Shown: positions 38,810-47,740 of the stretch, piece by piece
Position numbering within the stretch: the first letter of the stretch is position 1
How the letters are laid out: every line of letters starts with the position of its first letter
NCBI GenBank assembly: GCA_964558015.1
Contig: CAZLCT010000003.1
Location: 1-55,850 of the forward strand
Direction: 5' to 3'
From: an uncultured bacterium
GTDB taxonomy: Bacteria > Omnitrophota > Omnitrophia > JAHJGZ01
DNA length: 55,850 nucleotides
Translations under genes and position numbers: made by a program
Notes under the pieces: generated by a model
The model's database searches: none
What the model was told of the DNA's origin: nothing
Seen by the model: the letters and a program-made list of their open reading frames with translations, nothing else

Positions 38810-38851
38810 TGTTGAGAGTAGTTTTATATAATCAACGGAGATATAGTTAGT

Positions 38852-39145
38852 ATGTTTTTTTTAAACGAGCGTTTAATTGCTGCTTTTTTATCAATAGTAG
38901 CTTTTTGTGTTTCTTTCTTCGCAAGTTTATACTTTAAAATTTCTTTACAGGCAGCCCTTATGAGAAGTCTAATATGTGCTTTCATATTTCTTTTCATAGG
39001 AATATATTTTGGCAAGGTTATAAAGAATTTGATTATTGAGGCATTTGTTACTCAAAAAAAGTTAAAAGAAGGAGAAAATCAAGAGGGTCAATCCTCTGGT
39101 AAGAATACTGAAGGACAAGGGGATAAGGGAACATCAAAGATTTAA
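38852..39145 (+). CDS. small polytopic membrane protein (97 aa), unknown
   Basis: Three hydrophobic segments (LIAAFLSIVAFCVSFFASLYF, LMRSLICAFIFLFIGIYFG) and a G/E/Q-rich tail. It fills the flhG-fliA gap, and the antisense 63-aa ORF is less plausible. Confidence 0.5.
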   Translation: MFFLNERLIAAFLSIVAFCVSFFASLYFKISLQAALMRSLICAFIFLFIGIYFGKVIKNLIIEAFVTQKKLKEGENQEGQSSGKNTEGQGDKGTSKI

Positions 39146-39235
39146 TTAAACGTCGATGAATATTTATAGAAATAAAGACTTTTTAATAGTGAGATAATAC
39201 TGCGGCGACAATTATAAAAAAGGAGAAAAAATCTC

Positions 39236-40012
39236 ATGAGAGAAGATGTTAAGTTATGGCGCAAGCATAAGAAGTATAAAACGCAGGCTTTACGTGAAGA
39301 AATTATCAAGAAGTATCTTTATTTGGTTAAATATGTTGCGGGACGTGTTGCTATTGGACTTCCACCTAATATTGAAATGGGAGATTTAGTCAGTTACGGT
39401 ATACTCGGCCTGTTTGATGCTATTGGAAAATTTGACGTTGAACAAGGAAACAAATTTGAAACTTATGCAGTGACAAGAATACGCGGCGCAATTATGGATG
39501 AACTCAGAAAACTTGATTGGGCTCCAAGACTTTTGCGCAAAAGAGCAAAGGAATTAGAGCGTAAATGCAGGGAACTAGAGGAAAAACTTGGGCGTGTTGC
39601 TACTGATGAAGAATTAGCCCAGGCTTTGAACGTTAGTGTGGATGATTTAAATAGTATTTATAGTGAGTTGAATTCGACAACTTTTTTATCATTAGATGAA
39701 ATGTGGCAAAATGATGATGGTAATAAGCCTATTAGTCGCCTGCAAACAATAGAAGATTCGCTTATTTCAAATCAACTTAAATATCTTCAGAGAAATGAAG
39801 CAAGAGAGATCATAGTACAAACTTTAAATGAATTTCCTGAGAAAGAAAAATTAGTTATGATTCTTTATTATTATGAAAATTTGACTCTTAAGGAAATTGG
39901 GCAGGTGCTTAATGTATCAGAGTCACGTATTTGCCAGATTCACACAAAAGTAATTTTACGGCTGCGGAGTATGTTAAAGAAAAAATTAGGAGATATTGTT
40001 CTAGAGGCATAA
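39236..40012 (+). CDS. fliA: flagellar sigma factor FliA (sigma28)
   Basis: Region 2 (YLYLVKYVAGRV...DLVSYGILGLFDAIGKFD) and the region 4.2 HTH LTLKEIGQVLNVSESRICQIHTKVILRLR. RBS aaggag. Confidence 0.95.
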   Translation: MREDVKLWRKHKKYKTQALREEIIKKYLYLVKYVAGRVAIGLPPNIEMGDLVSYGILGLFDAIGKFDVEQGNKFETYAVTRIRGAIMDELRKLDWAPRLLRKRAKELERKCRELEEKLGRVATDEELAQALNVSVDDLNSIYSELNSTTFLSLDEMWQNDDGNKPISRLQTIEDSLISNQLKYLQRNEAREIIVQTLNEFPEKEKLVMILYYYENLTLKEIGQVLNVSESRICQIHTKVILRLRSMLKKKLGDIVLEA

Positions 40013-40035
40013 GACGCGAATTTTCGCGCAAGAAG

Positions 40036-40090
40036 GCGCAGATGGTCGCATATGTTCATTTGCTGGGATATGCGTTAGATTTGCGTTAAT
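40036..40090. repeat. imperfect inverted repeat built from CGCA(G/T)AT units
   Basis: ggcgcagatggtcgcatatg (40036-55) faces atatgcgttagatttgcgttaat (40068-90). The same unit type occurs upstream of and inside the giant ORF (49226-49256, 49563-49660). Confidence 0.45.
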
Positions 40091-40113
40091 TTGAGTCAGA
40101 AAAATTAAATAAA

Positions 40114-40440
40114 ATGGATGCGATTCGTGTTGTTGATGTATGGCAGGTAATTTTACAAGAACCTCGTGTTGCGGCAAAAGAAGCAAATCTTTTGCTTCAG
40201 GCTCAGTTGGAGCAAGACATGGTGCGTGAGCAGCTAGAGCAAGGAAATAGACTTATTCAACAAAGCGTAGAGCGATTACAAAATACAGAGCGACAACGCC
40301 GAATCATTGGGAAGAAAGAAGGCAGAGCTTCTACTGGTGCAAAACGTTTAATACCCAAGAAAAGGAAGAAAAAAGAAAAAAGGGAAGTTGGCAGGGAGAA
40401 AAATATAATCGGTAATGGCCATATTGATATACGAATATAA
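40114..40440 (+). CDS. hypothetical helical protein with K/R-rich C-terminal half (108 aa)
   Basis: The ORF fills the gap after fliA and has a Q/E/L-rich helical N-terminal half. I recognise no family, and no clear RBS is present. Confidence 0.5.
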   Translation: MDAIRVVDVWQVILQEPRVAAKEANLLLQAQLEQDMVREQLEQGNRLIQQSVERLQNTERQRRIIGKKEGRASTGAKRLIPKKRKKKEKREVGREKNIIGNGHIDIRI

Positions 40441-40453
40441 ATAGCGAGGTATT

Positions 40454-40975
40454 ATGAATATTTATTTTTTTCTTATTATGATCGGAATTAATTTTTTCTT
40501 TTTACTTATTGTTTCAATGATTATACTTTATTTTCTTAAGAAGACTGAAACCACTTCGCGTAATGATGTCCTCAGTTTATTAAAAAATGAGCAAGAAAAG
40601 CTACACGACGTACTGAATGAATTATCCAACGTTGCTACTGTAGTCTATAGTGATATTGAAAATAAGGAAGAAAATCTTAGGAAACTATTAGATGAGGCAA
40701 ATGAGAAGATTGAAGCATTAAATAATAATGTTTCAAAAGGTCCTTCAGGTGGTAAAAATTCCCGCATTCGGAAGCGAAGAAAGACAGGAGAGGAAAATGT
40801 AAAAAATGATGCCTCTTACAAGATAAACAGTATTGAAAACAAAAAAATCTTCGAATTGGCGGATAAGGGATTTAATATTCTTGATATTTCCAAGATAGTT
40901 AATAAACAAAAAGGTGAAGTTGAGTTGATATTAAATTTGAGAAAAGTTCGAGAGGGACAATATGTCGAGAGATAA
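40454..40975 (+). CDS. membrane-anchored coiled-coil protein with C-terminal HTH-like motif (DUF2802/DUF6115-like flagellar-locus protein, from memory)
   Basis: N-terminal TM (FFLIMIGINFFFLLIVSMIILYFL), a coiled coil, and C-terminal IFELADKGFNILDISKIVNKQKGEVELILNLRK. Confidence 0.65.
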   Translation: MNIYFFLIMIGINFFFLLIVSMIILYFLKKTETTSRNDVLSLLKNEQEKLHDVLNELSNVATVVYSDIENKEENLRKLLDEANEKIEALNNNVSKGPSGGKNSRIRKRRKTGEENVKNDASYKINSIENKKIFELADKGFNILDISKIVNKQKGEVELILNLRKVREGQYVER

Positions 40976-42026
40976 TAAAAAGGTTAAGATATTATTATCC
41001 AGCCAAAGGATGCAAGAATTATTTAAGTATTTTAGAGTTGGCGATCGTACTATTGTAACTGTCGAGAAAAGACTTGGTAGAGGTAAATATATAATAGAAT
41101 TAAGAGGTGTCAAACTTATTGCAATTTTTGATGGTGTCCTTGAGAGGAATAAAAAACTTTATGCAGTTTTTCATTCATTATCACCCCAGGTTGTTCTTAA
41201 GTTGACATCACCCGCTGATTTCATATCGACAAAATGTAAACTTTTGAAAGATCGAGTATCCTCAGTTAGTGATTTTGTTTCAATTCAGCCTTTCATAGCT
41301 GATGTAATGCAGAATATATTTATACTTATTGACAGATATAAGGCATTTTTACCATCGTCAAAAAAGAAAGAATCTTTAAATCTTATTCACGAGCAGATGG
41401 AAAAACAGGTAATAAATTTAAATCATACATTAAGCGAAGATATCAATATTCAGGATATTTTAAAGAATATTATATCCCCTGAAGAATCATTAAATCAGTG
41501 TCTTCAGGTTTTACGAGATCGTTCTAATGAAACATCATCATCCGTTTTCGCACAGAGGCTTGATGCATTTTTTGAATTGAAGCAGGAATTTGAGGATTTA
41601 ATGTTGCATTTTTTATTAGTTCAGGAAATTAATAAAATGGATATAAAGAAAAAAGGATACAGGTATTATCAAATTCCTGTATATTTTGAAAATCGATACG
41701 GAACGGTTGAAGTATTTATTAAACGCAGCAAAGCTATTAATGTTTATGATGCCGATGTATGGTTTCATCATATTGGTGTGGATTATCTTAAAATTAGCAT
41801 AAATAAAAATAAAAAAATAATAGGCATTAAGAAGATACACGATGTAAGAAATAAAGGCCGAATCAGGAAATTTGTATTTTTTTTACGTGGCAGACTAAAA
41901 GAGTTGGAATGGTTTATAAACGAAGATGAACATGTTTTTAACCGAGCAAACGGGCATTCACCGCTTCTTTATAAACCTGTTGTTTTTGATATTAAAATGC
42001 CGCAGCATTTTACCATGGTTGCATAA
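40962..42026 (+). CDS. hypothetical protein (354 aa), unknown function, flagellar-locus associated
   Basis: 14-nt overlap with the upstream gene. I recognise no motif. Confidence 0.7.
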   Translation: MSRDNKKVKILLSSQRMQELFKYFRVGDRTIVTVEKRLGRGKYIIELRGVKLIAIFDGVLERNKKLYAVFHSLSPQVVLKLTSPADFISTKCKLLKDRVSSVSDFVSIQPFIADVMQNIFILIDRYKAFLPSSKKKESLNLIHEQMEKQVINLNHTLSEDINIQDILKNIISPEESLNQCLQVLRDRSNETSSSVFAQRLDAFFELKQEFEDLMLHFLLVQEINKMDIKKKGYRYYQIPVYFENRYGTVEVFIKRSKAINVYDADVWFHHIGVDYLKISINKNKKIIGIKKIHDVRNKGRIRKFVFFLRGRLKELEWFINEDEHVFNRANGHSPLLYKPVVFDIKMPQHFTMVA

Positions 42027-42185
42027 ACAGCACAAAGTGTTGTGCATTTTCAGTTTTTATTTATCGTTGATTTTTTTAATATATTATGATATAGTTTACA
42101 TATACTTGGATGTACTAGAATATATATACGTAACTAATTGCAAATATAGAAGATAAAGAAAATTTTATTATTTGATTCTGAACAC

Positions 42186-42212
42186 TAAAGTTTGCATATC
42201 TTTAGTCGATAA
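42186..42212 (+). promoter_or_regulatory. sigma28 (FliA)-type promoter TAAAGTTT-N11-GTCGATAA upstream of flgM
   Basis: taaagttt (42186-93), an 11-nt spacer, gtcgataa (42205-12). This is 15 of 16 matches to TAAAGTTT-N11-GCCGATAA, 40 nt upstream of ATG 42252. Confidence 0.75.
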
Positions 42213-42251
42213 TCCTTGTGCAAGGAAACATAAAAAAAGAGAGGTGAAGAG

Positions 42252-42566
42252 ATGTCAATAAGTCAGATTCAACCAGATGGAGGTGTAAACCCTCTCAAAG
42301 ATCAACAAGTCAATGAGGCATCAAAGGGAATTAAATCGGGAAGCCAAGTAGAAAAGGCGAAAGAGGGAACTGATACGGTGGAGCTCTCCGAAGAAGCAAA
42401 ATTATTGCAGCAGGTAAGTAAATTTAAAAAAGAATTAGAAAATATTCCCGAGCCTAATGAAGGAAGAATTAACGAACTTAAGGAAGCTATTGCAAACCGA
42501 ACGCTATTAAATGAAGAAGTAATCAATGAAACTGCCGAGCGTTTGGCGGATCAATTACTTGCTTAA
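42252..42566 (+). CDS. flgM: anti-sigma28 factor FlgM
   Basis: 104 aa. DTVELSEEAKLL and C-terminal INELKEAIANRTLLNEEVINETAERLADQLL are typical of FlgM. RBS gagaggtga. Confidence 0.85.
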   Translation: MSISQIQPDGGVNPLKDQQVNEASKGIKSGSQVEKAKEGTDTVELSEEAKLLQQVSKFKKELENIPEPNEGRINELKEAIANRTLLNEEVINETAERLADQLLA

Positions 42567-42621
42567 ACGACCTCATGGGTTGAGATAAGTAACGTTATTA
42601 ACCAAAAACAAAAGTGGGGAT

Positions 42622-42655
42622 AAGAAGGGCGGAAGTTAAAACTTCCGCCCTTCTT
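42622..42655. terminator. bidirectional intrinsic terminator between convergent flgM and the - strand gene
   Basis: aagaagggcggaag (42622-35) and cttccgcccttctt (42642-55) form a perfect 14-bp GC-rich stem with a 6-nt loop. T-rich flanks are present on both strands. Confidence 0.8.
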
Positions 42656-42735
42656 GCTTTTATATCCCTAAAGAGGGAAATCCCGCTTCTGATACTTTCT
42701 CATATCAAGTGGGAGTAACTTAAAGGTGTGGGGGA

Positions 42736-43992
42736 TCAACTGTTTTTCTTATTCAACCCGCAAAGGTCTATCCAACGCTTAATGGGGGTAAGTTTCATGA
42801 AATACTTCCATATGAGTTCACTTCGGTAGTTTTCAATCATAAGAATAGTAATGCCCTGATCTATGGCAAGATATTTACGAGCGAACCACCTTCGGTCAAG
42901 ATTGAAGGCATCTTTAAATCCGTATTGTCCGTAAAGTTTTTCTTTTTGTGTATTGTATAAATGATTAAGTGCTGAAATAGATTTCTCAGGTGTAAAAACA
43001 ATTGAACTAATTGAACCATAAGGGGCGATTGTCCCGTCATTGTATGCTCTGCCTGGTTTTGCCCCGTATGCCTTATATCCCGATGGACCGAGGCAGGCAG
43101 TTAGGCCCCAATAGTTATTTTCGTATGTGATATATTTTGAAGATAAATTTTTACAGAAGTTTTTATTAGCTAAGGTGGCATAAGTCGAATTTTCGAAATA
43201 ATTAATATCCATGTCATATAGTTTTCTAAAGTCGATAAAAGCATGCGAGAATTGATATGTAAACAGTGAACCTGTGAAAGAATAAACTATTCTTTTATCA
43301 TTATTATATTCTTCAAAACGGTTCCATTCATTCCATAAATGAGGTGGAATGGGATGGGTAGGAGACCCAATGGCCAAAGCCTGAAGTATGAGATGTTCAC
43401 TATATGTATCCCAGTAATAGGGAAGGAACCCACTCTCGGGCTTATAGCCGTGAGATATGAGGCTAGAGTTATTCAGCATCCAATCCCATTGAACATTTTC
43501 ATATAGCTTTTTTGCTGTGGTTTCGATAGGTGTTCCTTTAAAATAATCTCCTACAAGAAGAACACCTGCCATAAGCAGGGCTGTATCGATTGAAGAGACT
43601 TCCGAACCCCATACTCTTTTTCCTGTTTTTGGATCGATAAAATGATAGAAAAAACCATTTTTCCCATGAGCTTTATTTTTTAAGGAATTTAAGACGGTTT
43701 TTGCTCTTTCATATGCATTTTGTTTTGTAATCCAGTTGTTTTCGGTTGCGATGGTAAGTGATGCAAGGTAGAATCCTACGGCTGCAATCGAGCATGGAGA
43801 TCCTATTGCTGAGGAGTCGCAGGTCAGACCTGTTTCCTCCGGTGTAAAGTCGAGAAAGTATTTAAAAGAATCTTTTTGAATTTTTGCAAGCAGGACTTCG
43901 TCAGTCTCGATCTCGGAAAAAATTATCTCCGTGGAAAAGAGAAAAAGGATAAGGAGAATACCTAAGGTGATTTTAAACAATTTTGTATGCAT
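42736..43992 (-). CDS. secreted glucoamylase-like / GH144 (beta-1,2-glucanase-like, PF10091-type) protein
   Basis: Signal peptide MHTKLFKITLGILLILFLFS. Motifs FYHFIDPKTGKRVWGSEVSSIDTALLMAG and YWDTYSEHLILQALAIGSP match my memory of this family (unverified). I prefer the start at 43992 over the track start at 44076. Confidence 0.65.
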   Translation of the reverse strand: MHTKLFKITLGILLILFLFSTEIIFSEIETDEVLLAKIQKDSFKYFLDFTPEETGLTCDSSAIGSPCSIAAVGFYLASLTIATENNWITKQNAYERAKTVLNSLKNKAHGKNGFFYHFIDPKTGKRVWGSEVSSIDTALLMAGVLLVGDYFKGTPIETTAKKLYENVQWDWMLNNSSLISHGYKPESGFLPYYWDTYSEHLILQALAIGSPTHPIPPHLWNEWNRFEEYNNDKRIVYSFTGSLFTYQFSHAFIDFRKLYDMDINYFENSTYATLANKNFCKNLSSKYITYENNYWGLTACLGPSGYKAYGAKPGRAYNDGTIAPYGSISSIVFTPEKSISALNHLYNTQKEKLYGQYGFKDAFNLDRRWFARKYLAIDQGITILMIENYRSELIWKYFMKLTPIKRWIDLCGLNKKNS

Positions 43993-44668
43993 CTGTCGTC
44001 GTATAACGTTCAAGTTCAAGTTCAATATCGTTTTTATAACGAGTAAGATCCTCTGTTGAGACATTGTGTTTTGCAAGATCCTTGTATATATTTTTAATTA
44101 GCACCTTAATCTTTGAGATTGAATAATCAAGGCTCCCAATCATTGAGTTAAGATAAGGCAGAATTTCTTGAGCTTCATCTGTTCGTCTGAGATGAACCCG
44201 TAAAGCAAGGTTTCCGTTTTTGATTTCTTTGAATGTTTCCTGAAAGCGAAAAAGTGGTCCTGCAATTTTATGCGTAAGAAATATTGTTCCTAGTGCAATA
44301 AATAAGAATAAAAGTATTGCTTTTATGGCGAGTTCCTTATTATTTTTTTTAAGGATTTCTTGCAGTATCTCTTTTTCTCTTATGCTCAAAAGATCAATTT
44401 CTCGAAATTTTGAAAGACGGGATACGGCTTTGTTTTCATTACCAATACGGGCTTGTTCATAGTCGTGTAATTGTGAAGCCATTTGGAGTCTGTTTTTTAA
44501 ACTTTGCCTGGAAAATTCGTTAACCGCAAGGTTCCAAATACCCAATGTAAGGCATAATGAAGAAGTGAAACTCACAATTGTAAGGGTGATAAAGATATAA
44601 ATGGAATAACGAAGCTGTATTTTATTATTTATGAGATATCTCTTTCTTCTATGAGGGGTTGCGCACAT
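43973..44668 (-). CDS. two-TM membrane protein with HAMP-like domain (231 aa)
   Basis: TM1 IYIFITLTIVSFTSSLCLTLGIW, TM2 AILLFLFIALGTIFL, followed by THKIAGPLFRFQETFKEIKNGNLALRVHLR (HAMP pattern). AGGAGG lies 7 nt upstream of the ATG. Confidence 0.8.
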   Translation of the reverse strand: MCATPHRRKRYLINNKIQLRYSIYIFITLTIVSFTSSLCLTLGIWNLAVNEFSRQSLKNRLQMASQLHDYEQARIGNENKAVSRLSKFREIDLLSIREKEILQEILKKNNKELAIKAILLFLFIALGTIFLTHKIAGPLFRFQETFKEIKNGNLALRVHLRRTDEAQEILPYLNSMIGSLDYSISKIKVLIKNIYKDLAKHNVSTEDLTRYKNDIELELERYTTTDAYKIV

Positions 44669-44712
44669 ATTATAACCTCCTGATTTTTGTAGTTAAAAAT
44701 ATAATAAGAAAC

Positions 44713-44740
44713 TTGTATGTTAATTAATTTTAATTATAAT
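44713..44740 (+). promoter_or_regulatory. candidate sigma70 promoter TTGTAT-16nt-TATAAT for the PP-loop/mnmG operon
   Basis: ttgtat at 44713-18 and tataat at 44735-40, about 70 nt upstream of ATG 44811. Confidence 0.45.
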
Positions 44741-44762
44741 CTACTAATTGCCAGAGTGTCAA
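44733..44762 (-). promoter_or_regulatory. candidate sigma70 promoter TTGACA-18nt-TATAAT for the - strand HAMP/GH144-like operon
   Basis: On the - strand, TTGACA is the complement of 44757-62 and TATAAT is the complement of 44733-38. Its -10 overlaps the -10 of the + strand promoter. Confidence 0.45.
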
Positions 44763-44810
44763 TTATATTAAAAATATACGGGCTTGACGCCGGGAGTACA
44801 ATAACTTGAT

Positions 44811-45815
44811 ATGAATAAAAAAGGATTAGTTCTGATATCGGGCGGGTTAGACAGTGCCGTTGCATTGGGAGTAACAATGCGGCAGAAAATTGAGCTTGAG
44901 GCAGTAAGTTATTTTTCTGCATTTTCAGATGGGATTAAAGAAGGGACTATGGGCTACTGGGCACGAAAGACAGCTGAGCACTTTAATGTTAAATCCCATT
45001 TTATGTTTCTAAGGGAAGAATTTATCGATATGATAAGGAGTCCTATTTATGGATATGGAATTGGATTAAATCCTTGTATTGATTGTAAAATTTTAATGCT
45101 AAAAAAATCCAAAGAATTAATGAAAAAGGTTGGAGCGTCGTTCCTGATAACCGGTGAAGTGTTGGGTGAGAGACCTATGAGCCAGAACAGAAGATCAATA
45201 GAGCTTATTGAGAAAAAGGCTGATCTTCAAGGTCTAATTGTACGCCCGCTTTCCGGAAAATATTTTCCTCCGACCAAACCTGAGAAGAGTGGTATTATAG
45301 ATAGGGAGAAATTACTTGATATACAGGGAAGAGGCCGCCAGCGGCAAATTGAACTTGCCTCAAGATTTGGCATTGCCTCATATCCACAGCCTGCAGGCGG
45401 ATGTATTTTAACCGATAAAAATTTTACAAAGAGAGTTAATGATTTATTTAAGTACGGTTATTCTTCTTTGAGACAGATTATATCATTGAGATACGGGCGC
45501 CACTTTAGGTTATCTGGTGGTGCCAAGGTCGTTATTGGAAGGGATGAAGAGGAAAATAATATGATTCTTAGATTGTCTGATGATAAAGACACTATTTTTA
45601 CCCTGACACATGTGCCGGGGCCTTTGCTTATCTTAAGCGGTGAAGATACTGATGAAAACATATTAAAGGCGGCCTCTCTTGTTAAGTATTTTTCAAAAGA
45701 GCGGAATAAAAATAAGACAGAAGTAACCTATTATAAAAGGGTTAAAGGAGAAGGAAGAAAGATTATGGCCGGTAAAATTTCCCCCGAGCATGTTTCTAGT
45801 CTGCAGATAGTGTGA
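44811..45815 (+). CDS. PP-loop ATP pyrophosphatase, ThiI-type tRNA sulfurtransferase-like (no THUMP domain)
   Basis: LVLISGGLDSAVA PP-loop, NPCIDCKILMLKK, and FLITGEVLGERPMSQNRRSIE...VRPLS resembling the ThiI catalytic domain. Confidence 0.7.
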   Translation: MNKKGLVLISGGLDSAVALGVTMRQKIELEAVSYFSAFSDGIKEGTMGYWARKTAEHFNVKSHFMFLREEFIDMIRSPIYGYGIGLNPCIDCKILMLKKSKELMKKVGASFLITGEVLGERPMSQNRRSIELIEKKADLQGLIVRPLSGKYFPPTKPEKSGIIDREKLLDIQGRGRQRQIELASRFGIASYPQPAGGCILTDKNFTKRVNDLFKYGYSSLRQIISLRYGRHFRLSGGAKVVIGRDEEENNMILRLSDDKDTIFTLTHVPGPLLILSGEDTDENILKAASLVKYFSKERNKNKTEVTYYKRVKGEGRKIMAGKISPEHVSSLQIV

Positions 45816-45835
45816 AGTAAATTGAAATAATTATT

Positions 45836-47740
45836 ATGAATAATAAAAAGGATAATTTTGATGTAATTGTAGTAGGTGCCGGTCATGCGGGCGTTGAAGC
45901 GGCGTTAGCTTCCGCGCGTATGGGATGCTCAACCGCACTTGTTACTCTCCGTAAAGATACTATTGGTTTTCTTTCATGTAATCCTGCGGTCGGCGGAATC
46001 GGAAAGGGTCAGCTTGTTAAAGAAATTGACGCCTTAGGTGGTGAGATGGCAAGGATAACTGATTATGCCGGCATTCAGTTTCGGATACTTAATGCATCAA
46101 AAGGTCCAGCTGTCCGCTCATCACGTGCGCAAGTAGACAGAGACCTTTATATTGAATATACTCAAAAAGTCATTAATAATGAAAAAAACCTTACGGTAAT
46201 AGAAGGGGCTGTCATAAAGCTGCTTTGTAAAAATAATGTAATTTATGGAGTAGGACTTGCATCCGGCAAGGATATATTTGGTAAAACAGTTATTATCTCA
46301 CCGGGTACGTTTCTTAACGGGCGTATTTATGTGGGATTAAATAATTTTCCTGGCGGGCGTATTGGCGAGAAAGCTGTCTCGGAATTATCAACATCATTAA
46401 AAGAACTTGGATTATCTATACTACGTTTTAAAACAGGAACCTGTGCCAGACTAGATAAGCGTTCGATTGACTTTTCACAATTAAGGCCCCAATTCGGCGA
46501 TGAAAATCCTATCCCATTTTCTTTTACTACAAAAAATATTAGCCGCGAGCAGGTCCCTTGTTATGTTACATATACTAATCCAACTACTCATAATATTATC
46601 CGTTCAGGTCTTGATAGATCACCGTTATATACGGGTGTCATAACAGGAACAGGCGTTAGGTATTGTCCTTCGATTGAAGATAAGATAGTGCGTTTTGCCG
46701 ACAGGGAACGTCACCAAATATTCCTTGAGCCTGAAGGATTAAACAGAATAGAAATTTACCCAAACGGCATATCGACCAGTCTTCCCGAGGATGTTCAAAT
46801 TGCAATGATTCATTCAATTAAAGGACTTGAGGGGGCAAAACCCGTTTGTTTAGGATACGGAATAGAACATGATGTAGTTGAACCTACCCAGCTTTATCCA
46901 ACTCTTGAGACAAAGCAAGTGAAGAATTTTTATTGTGCAGGTCAGATTAACGGCACAACCGGGTATGAAGAGGCAGGTGCACAGGGTTTAATAGCCGGGA
47001 TAAATGCGGCCCTAAGAGTAAAGGGTAAAGATGAGCTTATCCTTAATCGCTCCATAAGTTATATTGGTGTTCTTATTGATGATTTGGTTACTAAAGGAAC
47101 AGCAGAGCCCTATCGGATGTTTACCTCAAGAGTCGAGTACCGTCTCCTTTTACGCGAAGATAATGCTGACCTAAGATTAAGTGAGATTGGTTATTCTGTT
47201 GGTTTGTTAGGCGAGGAGCGGTATCTTGAGGTAGTGGGAAAAAGAGAAAAAATAGATGAGACCATTAAACTATTTAGAAAAAAGCGTATTAAAGCGTCTG
47301 ATGAGATAAATGAAAAACTTGCGGAGAAAAATATTTCACCACTCAAAACATCTATTACTGTAGAAGAGTTATTACGCAGACCAGGTGTTACCCTCGATTT
47401 CATAAGGACTTTAACAGACATTAGTATGGATGAAGAGCCTGAGGTCTTATCCCAGGTACAAATACAAACTAAGTATGCCGGTTATATTGAACGACAGTCA
47501 AAAGATGTGAAAAGATTTCAGGATTTGGAACGAATTCTAATTCCTAATGATATTGAATACCAATTTTTATCCGGTCTTTCGCGTGAGATTCAGGAAAAAT
47601 TAACTAAAATAAGGCCCGTATCCCTTGGACAGGCAAGTCGTATTTCCGGAGTGACCCCGGCAGCAATAATGCTGTTGATGGTTCATTTGAAGAAACTTCA
47701 GGGGGCGAAAAGACCACAGACCGGAGACCGAAGACAATAG
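45836..47740 (+). CDS. mnmG: tRNA uridine 5-carboxymethylaminomethyl modification enzyme MnmG (GidA)
   Basis: FDVIVVGAGHAGVEAALASARMG FAD motif, GQINGTTGYEEAGAQGLIAGINA, and full-length architecture. The last ~10 codons are encoded by a heptamer repeat array. Confidence 0.96.
   Translation: MNNKKDNFDVIVVGAGHAGVEAALASARMGCSTALVTLRKDTIGFLSCNPAVGGIGKGQLVKEIDALGGEMARITDYAGIQFRILNASKGPAVRSSRAQVDRDLYIEYTQKVINNEKNLTVIEGAVIKLLCKNNVIYGVGLASGKDIFGKTVIISPGTFLNGRIYVGLNNFPGGRIGEKAVSELSTSLKELGLSILRFKTGTCARLDKRSIDFSQLRPQFGDENPIPFSFTTKNISREQVPCYVTYTNPTTHNIIRSGLDRSPLYTGVITGTGVRYCPSIEDKIVRFADRERHQIFLEPEGLNRIEIYPNGISTSLPEDVQIAMIHSIKGLEGAKPVCLGYGIEHDVVEPTQLYPTLETKQVKNFYCAGQINGTTGYEEAGAQGLIAGINAALRVKGKDELILNRSISYIGVLIDDLVTKGTAEPYRMFTSRVEYRLLLREDNADLRLSEIGYSVGLLGEERYLEVVGKREKIDETIKLFRKKRIKASDEINEKLAEKNISPLKTSITVEELLRRPGVTLDFIRTLTDISMDEEPEVLSQVQIQTKYAGYIERQSKDVKRFQDLERILIPNDIEYQFLSGLSREIQEKLTKIRPVSLGQASRISGVTPAAIMLLMVHLKKLQGAKRPQTGDRRQ

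Noticed and set aside
40015-40028. Palindrome cgcgaa-tt-ttcgcg right after the fliA stop, as a terminator
   Set aside because: The stem is short, the loop is too small and no U-tract follows. It is more likely part of the CGCA-type repeat region than a terminator.
41926-42156. 76-aa + strand ORF overlapping the end of the 354-aa gene and the flgM upstream region
   Set aside because: It is out of frame with the longer gene, its sequence is AT-rich low complexity, and it covers the intergenic hairpin. It is spurious.
43993-44076. The upstream 28 codons of the 446-aa - strand ORF
   Set aside because: They would overlap the preceding gene by 104 nt. Met29 (start 43992) begins a typical signal peptide, so the shorter form is preferred.
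44734-44922. 62-aa - strand ORF spanning the divergent promoter region and the 5' end of the PP-loop gene
   Set aside because: It overlaps a well-supported + strand gene start and the promoter region, and it has no motif. It is spurious.
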